64,000 nucleotides of DNA from an uncultured Thermoleophilia bacterium (GCA_963715985.1 CAVQSP010000014.1:1-64000); one strand, 5' to 3'; positions 42,301-51,769 are shown, counted from the stretch's first letter. Program-made: numbers and translations. Notes: generated from the letters alone by a model not told the origin.

Positions 42301-43032
42301 ATCAAGTTCTACGACCGCAATGCCAACGGCACGTTCGACTCCGGCGAGTCCTTCATCAAGGGCTGGCGGATCAAGGTCTTCCGCCTTGACGGTACTCTCG
42401 TGGCGCGGGGCCACACCGATGTGGCAGGCGAAGTGACCTTCAGGCTCGGAGCGGGCACGTACATCGTCCGCGAAGTCATGCCGTCGTGCGCCTGGGTGGC
42501 GACGACGCCCCAGCAGCAGACGATCACCGTACCGCCGGGAGGCCCGCAGCAGGTGTGGTTCGGCAACGTGTGCCTCGGCGCCGGTGGCGGCCACTCCCCG
42601 GGCTTCTGGTCGAACAAGAACGGTGAGTACACGATCAACGCAATGATCAGGAGCGGGATTGACGTTTACGCGAGGCTCCGCGCTCTCGATCTCAAGGACG
42701 GTTGGGGCCGCAGCTTCGACCCATGCAACTACACTCAGCTCAGGACCTGGCTACGGGCCGGCAACGCGGCCTACATGCCTTACCAGCTCTCGGTCCAGCT
42801 GGCCGCGATGGAGTTGAACGTCTGGTCCGGGTTCGTCAAGGGCGACGCCGTGGTCTACGGTGGACTCGCCATCGGCTTCCTCAGCATCAACGACCTGATG
42901 GACCGGGCCGACACGGCTCTTGGACAGGGCAGCGCGAGCCGCGCCTACCTGGAGCAGCTCAAGTCCGCCCTGGATGGTGCGAACAACAACTGCACTTTCG
43001 TCCAGCGCGGCCCCTGCTGCATCAGGTACTAG
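39394..43032 (+). CDS. Large secreted surface protein with tandem Ig-like (DUF11-like) repeats, an SdrD-B-like domain and a Cys-containing C-terminal domain
   Basis: Signal peptide; repeats LSLVKSA....GQ.ITY.Y.L.NTGNVTL...ITQADLDAGSV.NTAT; FYDRNANG..D.GE...G; GHSPGFWSN. Confidence 0.85.
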   Translation: MEKPKHSHALAYVLIIALVLLGAFSAIAAAASERSPEASASSASGQGSADNAASSTRLMAAAGPLAASVTVIKEVALNTPEFLDEPGGAFTFTLTISNLGADAVTVQTVTDILDGQPLVPTPPELLVLEGQPIPSNGSLTATFSIVVKEPVDGNGTPHENGAEVTVVDAQNVPTTVVTDSPAYFWVDDLRPTVTIQRLITSQPPFLELATVNYTLRITNTSVEPVLITQLVDTFQPTNSFPGIVGKTWLQPNGFLDIPLTVGPLDAGGYYEWAEVVVEDNEGNQVTQSDNRFPTTLTLRVQDVFPTVTISKTVDRTSLPAPATFNYTLIITNTSPERVQITDLSDSQSFDPGGWVGEWLAAGEVLSIPYSVTYDAPGTYVNDVWLSVMDNELNQFDAPIASQSVTVVPAAPALSLVKSASPATYDTLGQVITYSYTLTNTGNVTLVGPFTVTDDKAVAAPTLPLPITLAPAASIDFSATHTITQADLDAGSVKNTATGAGKFGNATVTSNQATATVTATQTPALSLVKSASPATYDAAGQTITYTYVLKNTGNVTLAGPFSVADDKVTVPAAAGPLAPGASVQTSATYTVTPADLDAGSVTNAATASTTLGGNPVTSNQATATVTATQAPALSLVKSASPATYDTLGQVITYSYTLTNTGNVTLVGPFTVTDDKAVAAPTLPLPITLAPAASIDFSATHTITQADLDAGSVKNTATGAGKFGNATVTSNQATATVTATQTPALSLIKSASPATYDAAGQTITYTYVLKNTGNVTLAGPFSVTDDKVAPADITVPATPTSLAPNASITVTGAYKITQADLDAGSVKNTATGAGKFGNATVTSNQATATVTATQAPALSLTKSASPATYDTLGQVITYTYVLKNTGNVTLAGPFSVTDDKVAPADITVPATPTSLAPNASITVTGAYKITQADLDAGSVKNTATGHAAFGGKDVPSNRASATITAACCVTAIKFYDRNANGTFDSGESFIKGWRIKVFRLDGTLVARGHTDVAGEVTFRLGAGTYIVREVMPSCAWVATTPQQQTITVPPGGPQQVWFGNVCLGAGGGHSPGFWSNKNGEYTINAMIRSGIDVYARLRALDLKDGWGRSFDPCNYTQLRTWLRAGNAAYMPYQLSVQLAAMELNVWSGFVKGDAVVYGGLAIGFLSINDLMDRADTALGQGSASRAYLEQLKSALDGANNNCTFVQRGPCCIRY
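40621..42280 (+). repeat. Five ~110-aa tandem repeats in an A-B-A-C-C mosaic arrangement
   Basis: Near-identical DNA at offsets of 657 nt (40621/41278) and 339 nt (41611/41950). Confidence 0.88.
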
Positions 43033-43069
43033 CCGGTATGACCGAGTAGGCTGGATGCGGGGTTGGAGA

Positions 43070-43110
43070 CGCCGGGGGCGGGCTGTGAAGCCCGCCCCCG
43101 GCGATTCTCT
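43070..43110 (+). terminator. Intrinsic terminator after the surface-protein gene
   Basis: CGCCGGGGGCGGGCT-gtga-AGCCCGCCCCCGGCG perfect 15-bp stem followed by ATTCTCT. Confidence 0.75.
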
Positions 43111-43168
43111 GCATACTGTTCATCGGCCAATCATCTGTCTTGCATCATTCCCACGGGTCCGGTATAGT
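43110..43168 (+). promoter_or_regulatory. arg operon promoter with ARG-box-like sites
   Basis: TTGCAT (43140-43145)-N17-TATAGT (43163-43168); upstream TGCATACTGTTCA resembles an ArgR box. Confidence 0.65.
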
Positions 43169-43177
43169 CCCCCGACG

Positions 43178-43306
43178 ATGAGCAGCGCCCCGATCATCTG
43201 GTCCGTCCCCGACGCTCGCGCCGCAGCGGGTGTCCGGCGCTGCGCCGCCCTCCGAGCCCGACGCGCACGACGCGCGCCGGCCGGTGGGCGTCTCCGTCTG
43301 CTCTAG
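43178..43306 (+). CDS. Putative Arg-rich leader peptide of the arg operon (42 aa)
   Basis: MSSAPIIWSVPDARAAAGVRRCAALRARRARRAPAGGRLRLL*; ATG 9 nt after the -10; 10 Arg codons including 3 CGA and 2 CGT. Confidence 0.55.
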   Translation: MSSAPIIWSVPDARAAAGVRRCAALRARRARRAPAGGRLRLL

Positions 43307-43425
43307 TCCCCGCGACTAGCAGCGCTCGCGAGACGACTCTCACGCCCTCCGCCGGCGACCATTCGCGCCTTGCCCGCGTCCATGCCAACGTGCACCCGGA
43401 GTGCCTGATGATTTCTGCGACCTGT

Positions 43426-44528
43426 ATGCATACCCCGCCTACCGCCGCCGTGGCGGGCCCTCACTCGGTCGCGGCCGGCCCCAGCTCGACGGCTGACCCG
43501 TGCGTGGCCACGGCCGGCATCGTGGGCGGCAGCGGCTACACCGGCGCCCTGCTGGCCGAGCTGCTGCTGCGGCACCCCTCCGTGATGCTCACGCACGTGA
43601 GCTCCGAAGAGCCTCGCCGGCGAGCCGGTGAGCAAGCATCTGCCGCGCGTGCGCGGCGACCTCACCTTCTGCCCTGAGAGCGAGGTGCAGGGTGTGGACG
43701 TGGCCTTCGTGTGCACGCCGCACGGCGAGGCGGCTCGGGTGGTCAAGCGCCTCGTCGACGACGGCGCCCGCGTCATCGACCTCAGCGCCGACTTCCGTCT
43801 CGACGCCGCCACCTACGCCGAGTGGTACGGGGAGCACCCGTGCCCGGAGCTCCTCCCCGGTGTGTACGGCCTCACGGAGCTGAACCGCGAGGCGGTGGCG
43901 GGCGCGACCATCGTGGCCAACCCCGGGTGCTATCCCACGGCGGCACTGCTGGCGCTGACGCCGCTCAAGTCCCTGGGCCTCGCCGACGTGATCATCGACG
44001 CCAAGTCGGGCGTCAGCGGCGCCGGCAAGGCGGCCAAGCCCACGACGCACTTCTGCAGCGTGGACTCCGACCTCGTCGCCTACGGCGTGCAGTCGCACAG
44101 GCACTACCCGGAGATCGCCGCGGGTCTCGCCGGCGGCGGCGCGGGCCCGAGCGCGTTCGGCGCGGCGGCCGGCGCCGGGGGCCCGTCTCTCACCTTCATC
44201 CCGCATCTCGTGCCTCTTCAGCGCGGCATCAGCGAGACCATCTACGTGCGCCCCTCCACGTTCCCGCTGCCCAGCGCGGCGCAGGTCAGGCAGCTGTACG
44301 AGGAGTCCTACGCGTCCGAACCCTTCGTCGAGCTCTGCGACGCGCCGCCGCAGCTCAAGGACGTGGCCGGCACCAACTACTGCCGCATCTTCGTGCACGT
44401 CGACGAGCGCGCCGGCCGCCTCGTGGTGATCAGCGTCATCGACAACCTGATGAAGGGCGCCTCAGGGCCAGGCCGTGCAGAACCTCAACGTCATGCTCGG
44501 CCTGCCCGAGCACGAAGGGCTGGTCTGA
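43426..44528 (+). CDS. argC: N-acetyl-gamma-glutamyl-phosphate reductase, frameshifts near 43612 and 44465
   Basis: GIVGGSGYTG, VIDLSADFRL, VYGLTE, ANPGCYPT, KSGVSGAG, HRH.PEI, IDNLMKGA. Confidence 0.95.
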
Positions 44529-44529
44529 C

Positions 44530-45777
44530 GTGCTGCCCGTGACCAGGTTCGCCGCGCTGCCGGCGGCGGCCCGCTCGGTGAGCGGCGGCGTCACACACCC
44601 CAAGGGGTTCGTGGCGGCGGGTGTGTCCAGCGGCGTCAAGAAGCGCGGCAAGCTCGACCTCGGCATCCTCTTCTCCGAGGTGGCGACGGTCTCGGCGGCC
44701 ACGTTCACCGGCAACGCCCATGCCGCCGCGCCGGTCCGGCTCACGCGGGAGACCAGCGACTGCGCCCACCTGCGTGCGGTCGTTGTCAATGCCGGCAACG
44801 CCAACGCCGTCACCGGCAAGCAGGGCCTCGCAGACGCAGCCCGCATGCGGCTCCTCACGGCCAACCACCTGCGCCTGCCTGTGGAGGCGGTGGCCGTGTG
44901 CTCCACCGGCATCATCGGCGTGCCGCTCCCCATGGAGAAGGTCGAGGCCGGCATCGACGCCGCGGCGCGCAAGCTCGCGCCCGGCGCCTCCCAGGAGTTC
45001 GCCACCGCCATCCGCACCACCGACAAGCACGCCAAGTACGGCGCCGTGGACGTCAAGCTGGACGAGGGGGTCGTGCACTTCGGCTTCTCCGCCAAGGGGT
45101 GCGGCATGATCAGCCCCAACATGGCGACGATGCTGTGCTTCGTCACCTGCGACGCGGAGCTGAGCGAGGCGGCGTGGTCGGAGATGCTGCACGCCGCCGT
45201 CCACGCCTCCTTCAACCGCATCACCGTGGACGGGCAGGAGTCCACCAACGACACGGTGCTGGGCCTCTGCAACGGCGCCTCGGGGGTCCGGCCCGGTGAG
45301 GGCAGCGTGGCGCTGCTCGCCGAGGTCCTCACCGCGGCCCTGCTCTCGCTGGCCGTCTCCATCGTCGCCGACGGTGAGGGCTCCACGCGCACCATGCGGC
45401 TCACCGTGACGGGCGCGAGCACTCCGGAGCAGGCCGAGGCGGTGGCCCGGGCGGTGGCCAACTCGCCGCTGGTCAAGACGGCCTTCTACGGGCGCGACCC
45501 CAACTGGGGCCGCATCATGCAGGCCATCGGCCAGGCGCTGGGGCGCGGCGGGCACGCGGCGCTGCCGGCGCGCATCGCCTACGAGGAGGTCGTCATCGTG
45601 GAGCACGGGCAGCCCGCCGTGCTGGACGCCGCCGCGCAGGAGCGCCTCGTCGCCATCATGCACCAGCCGGAGATCGACGTGAACGTCGCGCTCAACGGGC
45701 CCGGATCGGCGTCCACCGTGTATTTCAGCGACCTCACGCACGACTACGTTACCCTCAACGCGGAGTACTCGACATGA
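44530..45777 (+). CDS. argJ: Glutamate N-acetyltransferase (ornithine acetyltransferase)
   Basis: PKGF, NAGNANA.TG, STGIIG, KGCGMI.PNMATML, STND, DGEG, DPNWGRI, DLTHDYV.LNAEYST. Confidence 0.96.
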   Translation: MLPVTRFAALPAAARSVSGGVTHPKGFVAAGVSSGVKKRGKLDLGILFSEVATVSAATFTGNAHAAAPVRLTRETSDCAHLRAVVVNAGNANAVTGKQGLADAARMRLLTANHLRLPVEAVAVCSTGIIGVPLPMEKVEAGIDAAARKLAPGASQEFATAIRTTDKHAKYGAVDVKLDEGVVHFGFSAKGCGMISPNMATMLCFVTCDAELSEAAWSEMLHAAVHASFNRITVDGQESTNDTVLGLCNGASGVRPGEGSVALLAEVLTAALLSLAVSIVADGEGSTRTMRLTVTGASTPEQAEAVARAVANSPLVKTAFYGRDPNWGRIMQAIGQALGRGGHAALPARIAYEEVVIVEHGQPAVLDAAAQERLVAIMHQPEIDVNVALNGPGSASTVYFSDLTHDYVTLNAEYST

Positions 45778-46649
45778 CTGTGCGCCACCAGAAGACGGTC
45801 CAGACCCTCCTCGAGGCCATGCCGTACATCCGCCGCTTCTGGGGGACGACGGTGGTGGTCAAGTACGGCGGCGCCGCCATGACCAGCCCGCGCCTGCGCG
45901 AGCAGTTCGCGGAGGACGTCGTGCTGTTGCGGCTCGTGGGCATGAAGCCGGTGGTCGTGCACGGCGGCGGGCCGGAGATCAGCCGCCACATGGCCCGGCT
46001 CGGTATGGAGGCCCAGTTCGTGGACGGTCTGCGCGTGACCGACGAGGCCACGATGGAGATCGCCAAGATGGTCCTCGTCGGCAAGGTCAACAAGGAGATC
46101 GTGGGTCTCATCGCGCGGCACGGCGGCAGCGCCGTGGGCATCTCCGGCGAGGACGGACGCATGCTCACGTGCGAACCGAAGAAACACCAGGACCACGCCG
46201 GCAACGAGGTGGACCTGGGCTTCGTCGGCGACATCGTGGGCGTGGACGTCAGCGTCCTGGAACTGCTCGCTGAGGCCAACATCCCGGTGGTCGCGACCGT
46301 GGGCGCCGACGACCAGGGTCACGGCTACAACATCAACGCCGACACCGTCGCCGGAGAGCTGGCCGCCGCCCTGCACGCCGAGAAGATCCTCTTCCTCACC
46401 GACGTGGACGGCATCTACGAGGATCAGGGCGGGGAGATGACGTCGATCTCGGAGTGCGATCTCGCCTATCTTGGCGCCCTGCAAGCCGCCGGGCGCATCA
46501 CCGGCGGCATGATCCCCAAGGTCGGCGCCGTGCGCCGCGCCCTCGAGTCCGGCGTGCACAGCGCCCACGTCATCGATGGCCGCGTGGAGCACGCCGTGCT
46601 GCTCGAGATCCTCACCGACGCCGGCTGCGGCACCAAGGTGACGGCGTGA
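45774..46649 (+). CDS. argB: Acetylglutamate kinase
   Basis: VVKYGGAAM, VHGGGP, GLRVTD, NINAD, GGMIPK. Confidence 0.97.
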   Translation: MTVRHQKTVQTLLEAMPYIRRFWGTTVVVKYGGAAMTSPRLREQFAEDVVLLRLVGMKPVVVHGGGPEISRHMARLGMEAQFVDGLRVTDEATMEIAKMVLVGKVNKEIVGLIARHGGSAVGISGEDGRMLTCEPKKHQDHAGNEVDLGFVGDIVGVDVSVLELLAEANIPVVATVGADDQGHGYNINADTVAGELAAALHAEKILFLTDVDGIYEDQGGEMTSISECDLAYLGALQAAGRITGGMIPKVGAVRRALESGVHSAHVIDGRVEHAVLLEILTDAGCGTKVTA

Positions 46650-46813
46650 GCGCAGCCGCCGTCGCGAGCGGCAGCGTCCCCGGCGGGACTTGCATATTCT
46701 GCGCCCCGCTGGTGTATTCTATGCACGCCTGCATGGAGGGCGCCGCGCCTTCCCCGGCATGGGCAGGGGTCGTCGAAACGGGGGTCCTGAGAGACGTGAT
46801 CGCACGCCCGCCA

Positions 46814-47272
46814 ATGAGCAAGACCGAGCGCCAGCGGCTCATCCAGACGGTGGTGCAGCAGCGCGAGGTGGCCACGCAGCGCGAGCTCGTGAGCGCCCTC
46901 AGTGCCCTGGGCTGCGAGGTCACGCAGGCCACCGTGTCGCGCGACATCCGCGAGCTCGACCTGCAGAAGGTGCGCACGCACCTGGGCCGCGCCAAGTACG
47001 TGCTGAGCTCGCGCGAACGGCCCAAGGATCCCGAGCAGTCGGCGCGCCACGTGATGCACGACTTCGCGCGCTCCACCGCCGTCTCCCAGCAGCTCGTCGT
47101 GGTGCGCTGCGAGATCGGCACGGCGAACACGGTGGCCCGCCAGATCGACAACCTGAACCACTCCGACATCATCGGTACCCTGGCGGGCGACGACACGTTC
47201 GTCGTCATCGTCGGGGACAGCGAGGCGGCGCAGAGCATGAAGCGCTATCTCGACCGTCTCCGAGAGGCCTAG
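46814..47272 (+). CDS. argR: Arginine repressor
   Basis: TQRELV..L...G.EVTQATVSRDIREL, GTLAGDDT. Confidence 0.96.
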   Translation: MSKTERQRLIQTVVQQREVATQRELVSALSALGCEVTQATVSRDIRELDLQKVRTHLGRAKYVLSSRERPKDPEQSARHVMHDFARSTAVSQQLVVVRCEIGTANTVARQIDNLNHSDIIGTLAGDDTFVVIVGDSEAAQSMKRYLDRLREA

Positions 47273-47407
47273 CGCGCAGGCACACACTCGCGCGCATCCC
47301 AGTCGCTCTCGGGCGGCGGCCGGCTCTCGCCCGCGCCGCCCGTCGGCGCCGCTCGCGCGGCGCCCCGGCATGAACGTCATCACCCCTGACCACAGGAGCA
47401 GCAGAAC

Positions 47408-48655
47408 GTGAGCACCGACACCAGCAGCGCCCCCAACGGTACCGTCGTCCTCGCCTACTCGGGCGGGCTCGACACCTCGGCCCTCATCCCCTGGCTCAAG
47501 GAGAAGTACGGCTACGATGTCGTGGCCTGTCTCGTCGACCTCGGACGCGTCAAGGACATCCCGATGATGATGGACCGCGCGATGGCGTCGGGCGCCATCG
47601 CCGCCGAGGCCATCGACGCCAAGGAGGAGTTCGCCGAGCACCACTGCCTGCCGGCCCTCATGGCCAACGCCCTCTACGAGGACAAGTACCCGCTCTCCAC
47701 CGCCATCGGCCGGCCGCTCATCGCCAAGAAGCTCGTGGAGACGGCGCACAAGTACGGCGCCACCGCGGTCGCCCACGGCTGCACCGGCAAGGGCAACGAC
47801 CAGGTGCGTATCGACATCGGCGTGCGCGCCCTCGACCCGAGCCTCGCCATCATCGCCCCGGCGCGTGCCGCCGACTGGCCGAGTCGCGAGGAGTTGCTCG
47901 ACTACGTGGCCGCCCACGACATCCCGATCGCGCTGACCAAGAAGAGCCCGTACTCGATCGACGAGAACATGTGGGGCCGCAGCAACGAGTGCGGCGTGCT
48001 GGAGGACCCGTGGGTGGCGCCGCCGGAGGACGCGTTCCAGTTCGTGGTGTCCCCCGCCGACGCCCCGGACGAGCCGCAGCACGTCGTGGTGACCTTCGAG
48101 AAGGGCAAGCCCGTCGCTCTTGACGGCAAGCCCATGGGCATGGTCGAGATCATCGAGACCATGGACGCTATCGGCAACACGCACGGCTTCGGCCGCGTGG
48201 ACATGATCGAGAACAGGCTCGTCGGGATCAAGAGCCGCGAGGTCTACGAGGTCGCCGGCGCTCTGGCGCTCATCACTGCGCATCGCGAGCTCGAGGACCT
48301 CGTCCTCACGCGCGACCTGATCCACTTCAAGCGCACCATCGAGAGCAAGCTCTCCGACATGATCTACGAGGGCCAATGGTTCGACCCGCTCACGGAGGCC
48401 TGCAAGGCGTTCCTCTTCCAGAGCCAGGAGCGGGTCACCGGCGACATCCGCCTCAAGTTCTACAAGGGCAGCTGCGTGGCCGACGGACGCAAGAGCGACT
48501 TCTCCCTGTACAGCTACAAGCTCGCGACGTACACGACCGAGGACGAGTTCTCGCACGAGGCGGCGGCCGGCTTCATCCAGCTGTGGGGCCTGCCCATCGA
48601 GGTGTGGGCGCGGGTCGGCAAGGAGCACCACATGATGAAGGAGCTGGAGACCTGA
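47408..48655 (+). CDS. argG: Argininosuccinate synthase
   Basis: LAYSGGLDTS, HGCTGKGNDQVR, SIDENMWG, ENRLVGIKSREVYE. Confidence 0.98.
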   Translation: MSTDTSSAPNGTVVLAYSGGLDTSALIPWLKEKYGYDVVACLVDLGRVKDIPMMMDRAMASGAIAAEAIDAKEEFAEHHCLPALMANALYEDKYPLSTAIGRPLIAKKLVETAHKYGATAVAHGCTGKGNDQVRIDIGVRALDPSLAIIAPARAADWPSREELLDYVAAHDIPIALTKKSPYSIDENMWGRSNECGVLEDPWVAPPEDAFQFVVSPADAPDEPQHVVVTFEKGKPVALDGKPMGMVEIIETMDAIGNTHGFGRVDMIENRLVGIKSREVYEVAGALALITAHRELEDLVLTRDLIHFKRTIESKLSDMIYEGQWFDPLTEACKAFLFQSQERVTGDIRLKFYKGSCVADGRKSDFSLYSYKLATYTTEDEFSHEAAAGFIQLWGLPIEVWARVGKEHHMMKELET

Positions 48656-48716
48656 GGCCCGCGGCGGGGAAGAGGCGCCGGGCATGCCGCCCGGCGCCGG
48701 CACGGGAGGCCGCACG

Positions 48717-50105
48717 GTGACGGTCGCGCGCTCGGGCCGCTTCGCCGGCGAGCGCGCACCGGCGTTCGTGGCCCTGAACAGCTCGCTGGCGCTCGACTGG
48801 CGCCTGTGGCCGCAGGACATCCAGGGCTCCGTCGCGCACGCGCGCGCCCTGAAGGGCGCCGGCCTGCTCAGCGCGGCCGAGCTCGAGGCCGTCGAGGACG
48901 GCCTCGCCCAGGTCGGCCGCGAGATCGAGGCCGGCGCCTTCGTGCCCGCCGACGCCGACGAAGACGTGCACATGGCCATCGAGCGCCGGCTCACCGAGCT
49001 CATCGGGGACGCCGGCGCCCGCCTGCACACCGGGCGCAGCCGCAACGACCAGGTGGTCACCGACGTGCGCCTGCACCTGCGGCTGGTCGTCGAGCGCCAG
49101 GACGCCGCCCTGGCCGACCTGCAGGGCGTGCTGCTGGCGCGCGCCGCCGGCCACGTGGAGACGGTCATGCCGGCGTACACACACCTGCAGCGTGCCCAGG
49201 TCACGTCGCTGGCGCAGCACCTGCTCGCGTACGTCTGGATGCTGGACCGCGACCGCACGCGGCTCGAGGCCGCCCGTGAGGCCTGCCTCGAGCTGCCGCT
49301 CGGGGCGGGCGCGGCGGTCGGCCTCGACTTCGACCTCGACCGCGAGGCGGAGGCCGCCGACCTCGGCTTCAGCCGGGTCGCCGAGAACTCGCTCGACGCG
49401 GTCGCCTCGCGCGACTTCGCCCTGGACTACCTGGCCGCGGCGGCGCAGCTGGGCGGCCACCTCAGCCGGCTGGGCGGCGAGCTCGTACTCTGGGCCACCT
49501 CGGAGTTCGGCTTCGTGCGCCTGCCGGACGCGTTCAGCGGCGGCTCCAGCATCATGCCGCAGAAGAAGAACCCGGACGCAGCCGAGCTCACGCGGGCCGC
49601 CGCGCCGCGGCTCACCGCCGACCTCTGCGGCCTCCTCGGCGTGCTGCACGGCCTGCCGCTCGCCTACAACACCGACCTGCGCGAGGACAAGCGTTACCTC
49701 TTCGACGCCGTCGACTGCCTCGAAGAGCTGCTGCCTGTGGTACGCGGCCTGCTTGAGGAGATCACCTTCGACGAGGCGCGCATGGCGGCGGCCTGCGACC
49801 AGTTCCTGGCCGCCACCGACGTCGCCGACTACCTCGTGGAGCGGGGCGTGCCGTTCCGCGAGGCGCACCACCTCACCGGCGCCCTGGTGCGCCGCTGCCT
49901 CGAGAGCGGCGAGCACCTTGCCCAGGTCTCGCTCGACGACCTGCGCACGCTCTCGCCGGCCTTCGACGACGGGTACTACGCCCTGCACGAGCCGGCCGCC
50001 CAGCTGGCGCGCAAGCGCTCGCGCGGCGGCTCCGCCCCTGCCCGCGTGCGTGAACAGCTCGAGCGGGCGCGGGAGGCCCTCGCCGCGCGTCCCTGCTGTG
50101 GCTGA
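48717..50105 (+). CDS. argH: Argininosuccinate lyase
   Basis: EDVHMAIE, LHTGRSRNDQ, YTHLQRAQ, GSSIMPQKKNPD, GVPFREAH. Confidence 0.97.
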   Translation: MTVARSGRFAGERAPAFVALNSSLALDWRLWPQDIQGSVAHARALKGAGLLSAAELEAVEDGLAQVGREIEAGAFVPADADEDVHMAIERRLTELIGDAGARLHTGRSRNDQVVTDVRLHLRLVVERQDAALADLQGVLLARAAGHVETVMPAYTHLQRAQVTSLAQHLLAYVWMLDRDRTRLEAAREACLELPLGAGAAVGLDFDLDREAEAADLGFSRVAENSLDAVASRDFALDYLAAAAQLGGHLSRLGGELVLWATSEFGFVRLPDAFSGGSSIMPQKKNPDAAELTRAAAPRLTADLCGLLGVLHGLPLAYNTDLREDKRYLFDAVDCLEELLPVVRGLLEEITFDEARMAAACDQFLAATDVADYLVERGVPFREAHHLTGALVRRCLESGEHLAQVSLDDLRTLSPAFDDGYYALHEPAAQLARKRSRGGSAPARVREQLERAREALAARPCCG

Positions 50106-50734
50106 CGCGCCGGCGCGCGCAAGCCGCTCGCGCGCGCCCAAGCCCCTGTCGCAGTCCTTCTTCGCCCGTTCCGCCCTGGAGGTCGCCCGCGACCTCATCG
50201 GGTGCACCTTCCTGGTCGCGGGCGTCGGCGGCCGCATCGTGGAGACCGAGGCGTACCGCCAGGACGACCCGTGCTGCCACGCCTTCAACGGCAGGACGGA
50301 GCGCAATGCCGTGCTCTTCGGACCGCCCGGCCACCTCTACGTCTACTTCACCTACGGCATGCACTACTGCAGCAACACATCCTGCGAGGACGAGGGTGTG
50401 GGCGCCGGCGTGCTGCTCCGCGCCCTCGAGCCCGAAGCCGGGCGCGACGCCATGGCGGAGCGCCGCGGCATGAGCGAGCCGCGCCTGCTGTGCTCCGGCC
50501 CGGCGCGGCTTGCCCAGGCGCTCGGCATCGGCCGCGAGCACAACGGGCTGCCGGTGTGGCGGGAGCCGCTGGCCATCCTCCCGCCGCTGCCCGACGCGCC
50601 GGCGCCGCGAGGTCCTCACCACGGCGCGCATCGGCGTGCGCGGCGGCGACCAGAAGCCCTGGCGCTTCGTGGACGCCGCCAGCCACCACCTCTCGCGCTC
50701 GCTGGCGCGTACTCCCATCCTCCCGGCTGGGTAA
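50098..50734 (+). CDS. mpg: DNA-3-methyladenine glycosylase (MPG/AAG), frameshift near 50605
   Basis: GRIVETEAY, GPPGHLYVYFTYGMH, VLLRALEP, SGPARL, RIGV...PWRF. Confidence 0.9.
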
Positions 50735-50767
50735 GATACCTCCCGACCAAGAGAGGAAAGGACCACC

Positions 50768-51769
50768 GTGAAACTCCGCGAGATCTACGAGACCGCTGTC
50801 CGCATGGGCATCGAGGCCGACCCGCGCGGCAAGCAGGGCGTCGAAGAGTTCCTCGCGCGCCAGAATCGTCGCCATGAGGCTCTTCCCGAGTACCTCAAGG
50901 CTCTGGTCGACCCGGAAGAGCTCACCAACCCGTTCAGCGACACGCGCATCTACGTCGGCGACCCCGAGGCCGAGGTCACCACCCTGCTCGGCGGCATCGA
51001 CATGAACACCGGCGAGGTGCTGCTCGCAGACCGTCTGCGCGAGAAGGGCACGCCGATCGACGCCATCTACACCCACCACCCCGAAGGCTGGGGTCTCACC
51101 AAGCTCGACACCGTGATGGAGGTGCAGGCCGACATCTGGGCCACCGTCGGCGTGCCCATCCAGGCCGGCGAGAAGTTCATCACGGAGCGCATGGACGAGG
51201 TGCGCCGTCGCCTCATGCCGGTCAACTACGACCAGGCCGTCGATGCGGCCCGCCTTCTTGGTGTGCCCTTCTTCTCGGCGCACACGCCCACCGACAACCT
51301 CGTCGTGCACTACCTGAACAAGTACTTCGCCAAGCGCGACCTCAAGCTCATCGAGGACGTGCAGAAGGCGCTGCTGGAGATCCCCGAGTACCGCATCGCC
51401 GCGCTCAAGGGGGCGGGACCGTACCTGGGCAAGAGCAAGCCCGGCGCGCGCAGCGGCAAGATCCTCGTCGACATGACCGGCGGCACCGAGGGCCCCAAGC
51501 AGATGATCGAGAAGCTCGCCGACGCCGGTGTGGGCACGATCGTCCAGATGCACATGGGTCAGGAGATGCGCGACGAGGCCGAGAAGCACAACATGCACGT
51601 CATCATCGCCGGGCACATGAGCAGCGACTCGCTGGGCATCAACCTGTTCCTCGACGAGCTGGAGCGCAACGGCGTCAAGACCATCGCCACGAGCGGTCTC
51701 ATCCGCGTGCACCGCGACAAGCGCGGCAAGGTCGTGAAGGAGGAGCCCGGGGCGCTGCCGGCGCACTGA
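50768..51769 (+). CDS. NIF3 (NGG1p-interacting factor)-like metal-binding protein
   Basis: GIEADPRG, NPFSDTR, THHPEG, HTPTDN, DMTGGTEG, AGHMSSDSLGIN. Confidence 0.85.
   Translation: MKLREIYETAVRMGIEADPRGKQGVEEFLARQNRRHEALPEYLKALVDPEELTNPFSDTRIYVGDPEAEVTTLLGGIDMNTGEVLLADRLREKGTPIDAIYTHHPEGWGLTKLDTVMEVQADIWATVGVPIQAGEKFITERMDEVRRRLMPVNYDQAVDAARLLGVPFFSAHTPTDNLVVHYLNKYFAKRDLKLIEDVQKALLEIPEYRIAALKGAGPYLGKSKPGARSGKILVDMTGGTEGPKQMIEKLADAGVGTIVQMHMGQEMRDEAEKHNMHVIIAGHMSSDSLGINLFLDELERNGVKTIATSGLIRVHRDKRGKVVKEEPGALPAH

Noticed and set aside
46466-49258. Very long antisense and alternate-frame ORFs (e.g. 930 aa here, 878 aa at 39958-42594, 761 aa at 20751-23036)
   Set aside because: These are shadow ORFs of real genes caused by high GC3 and scarce stop codons.
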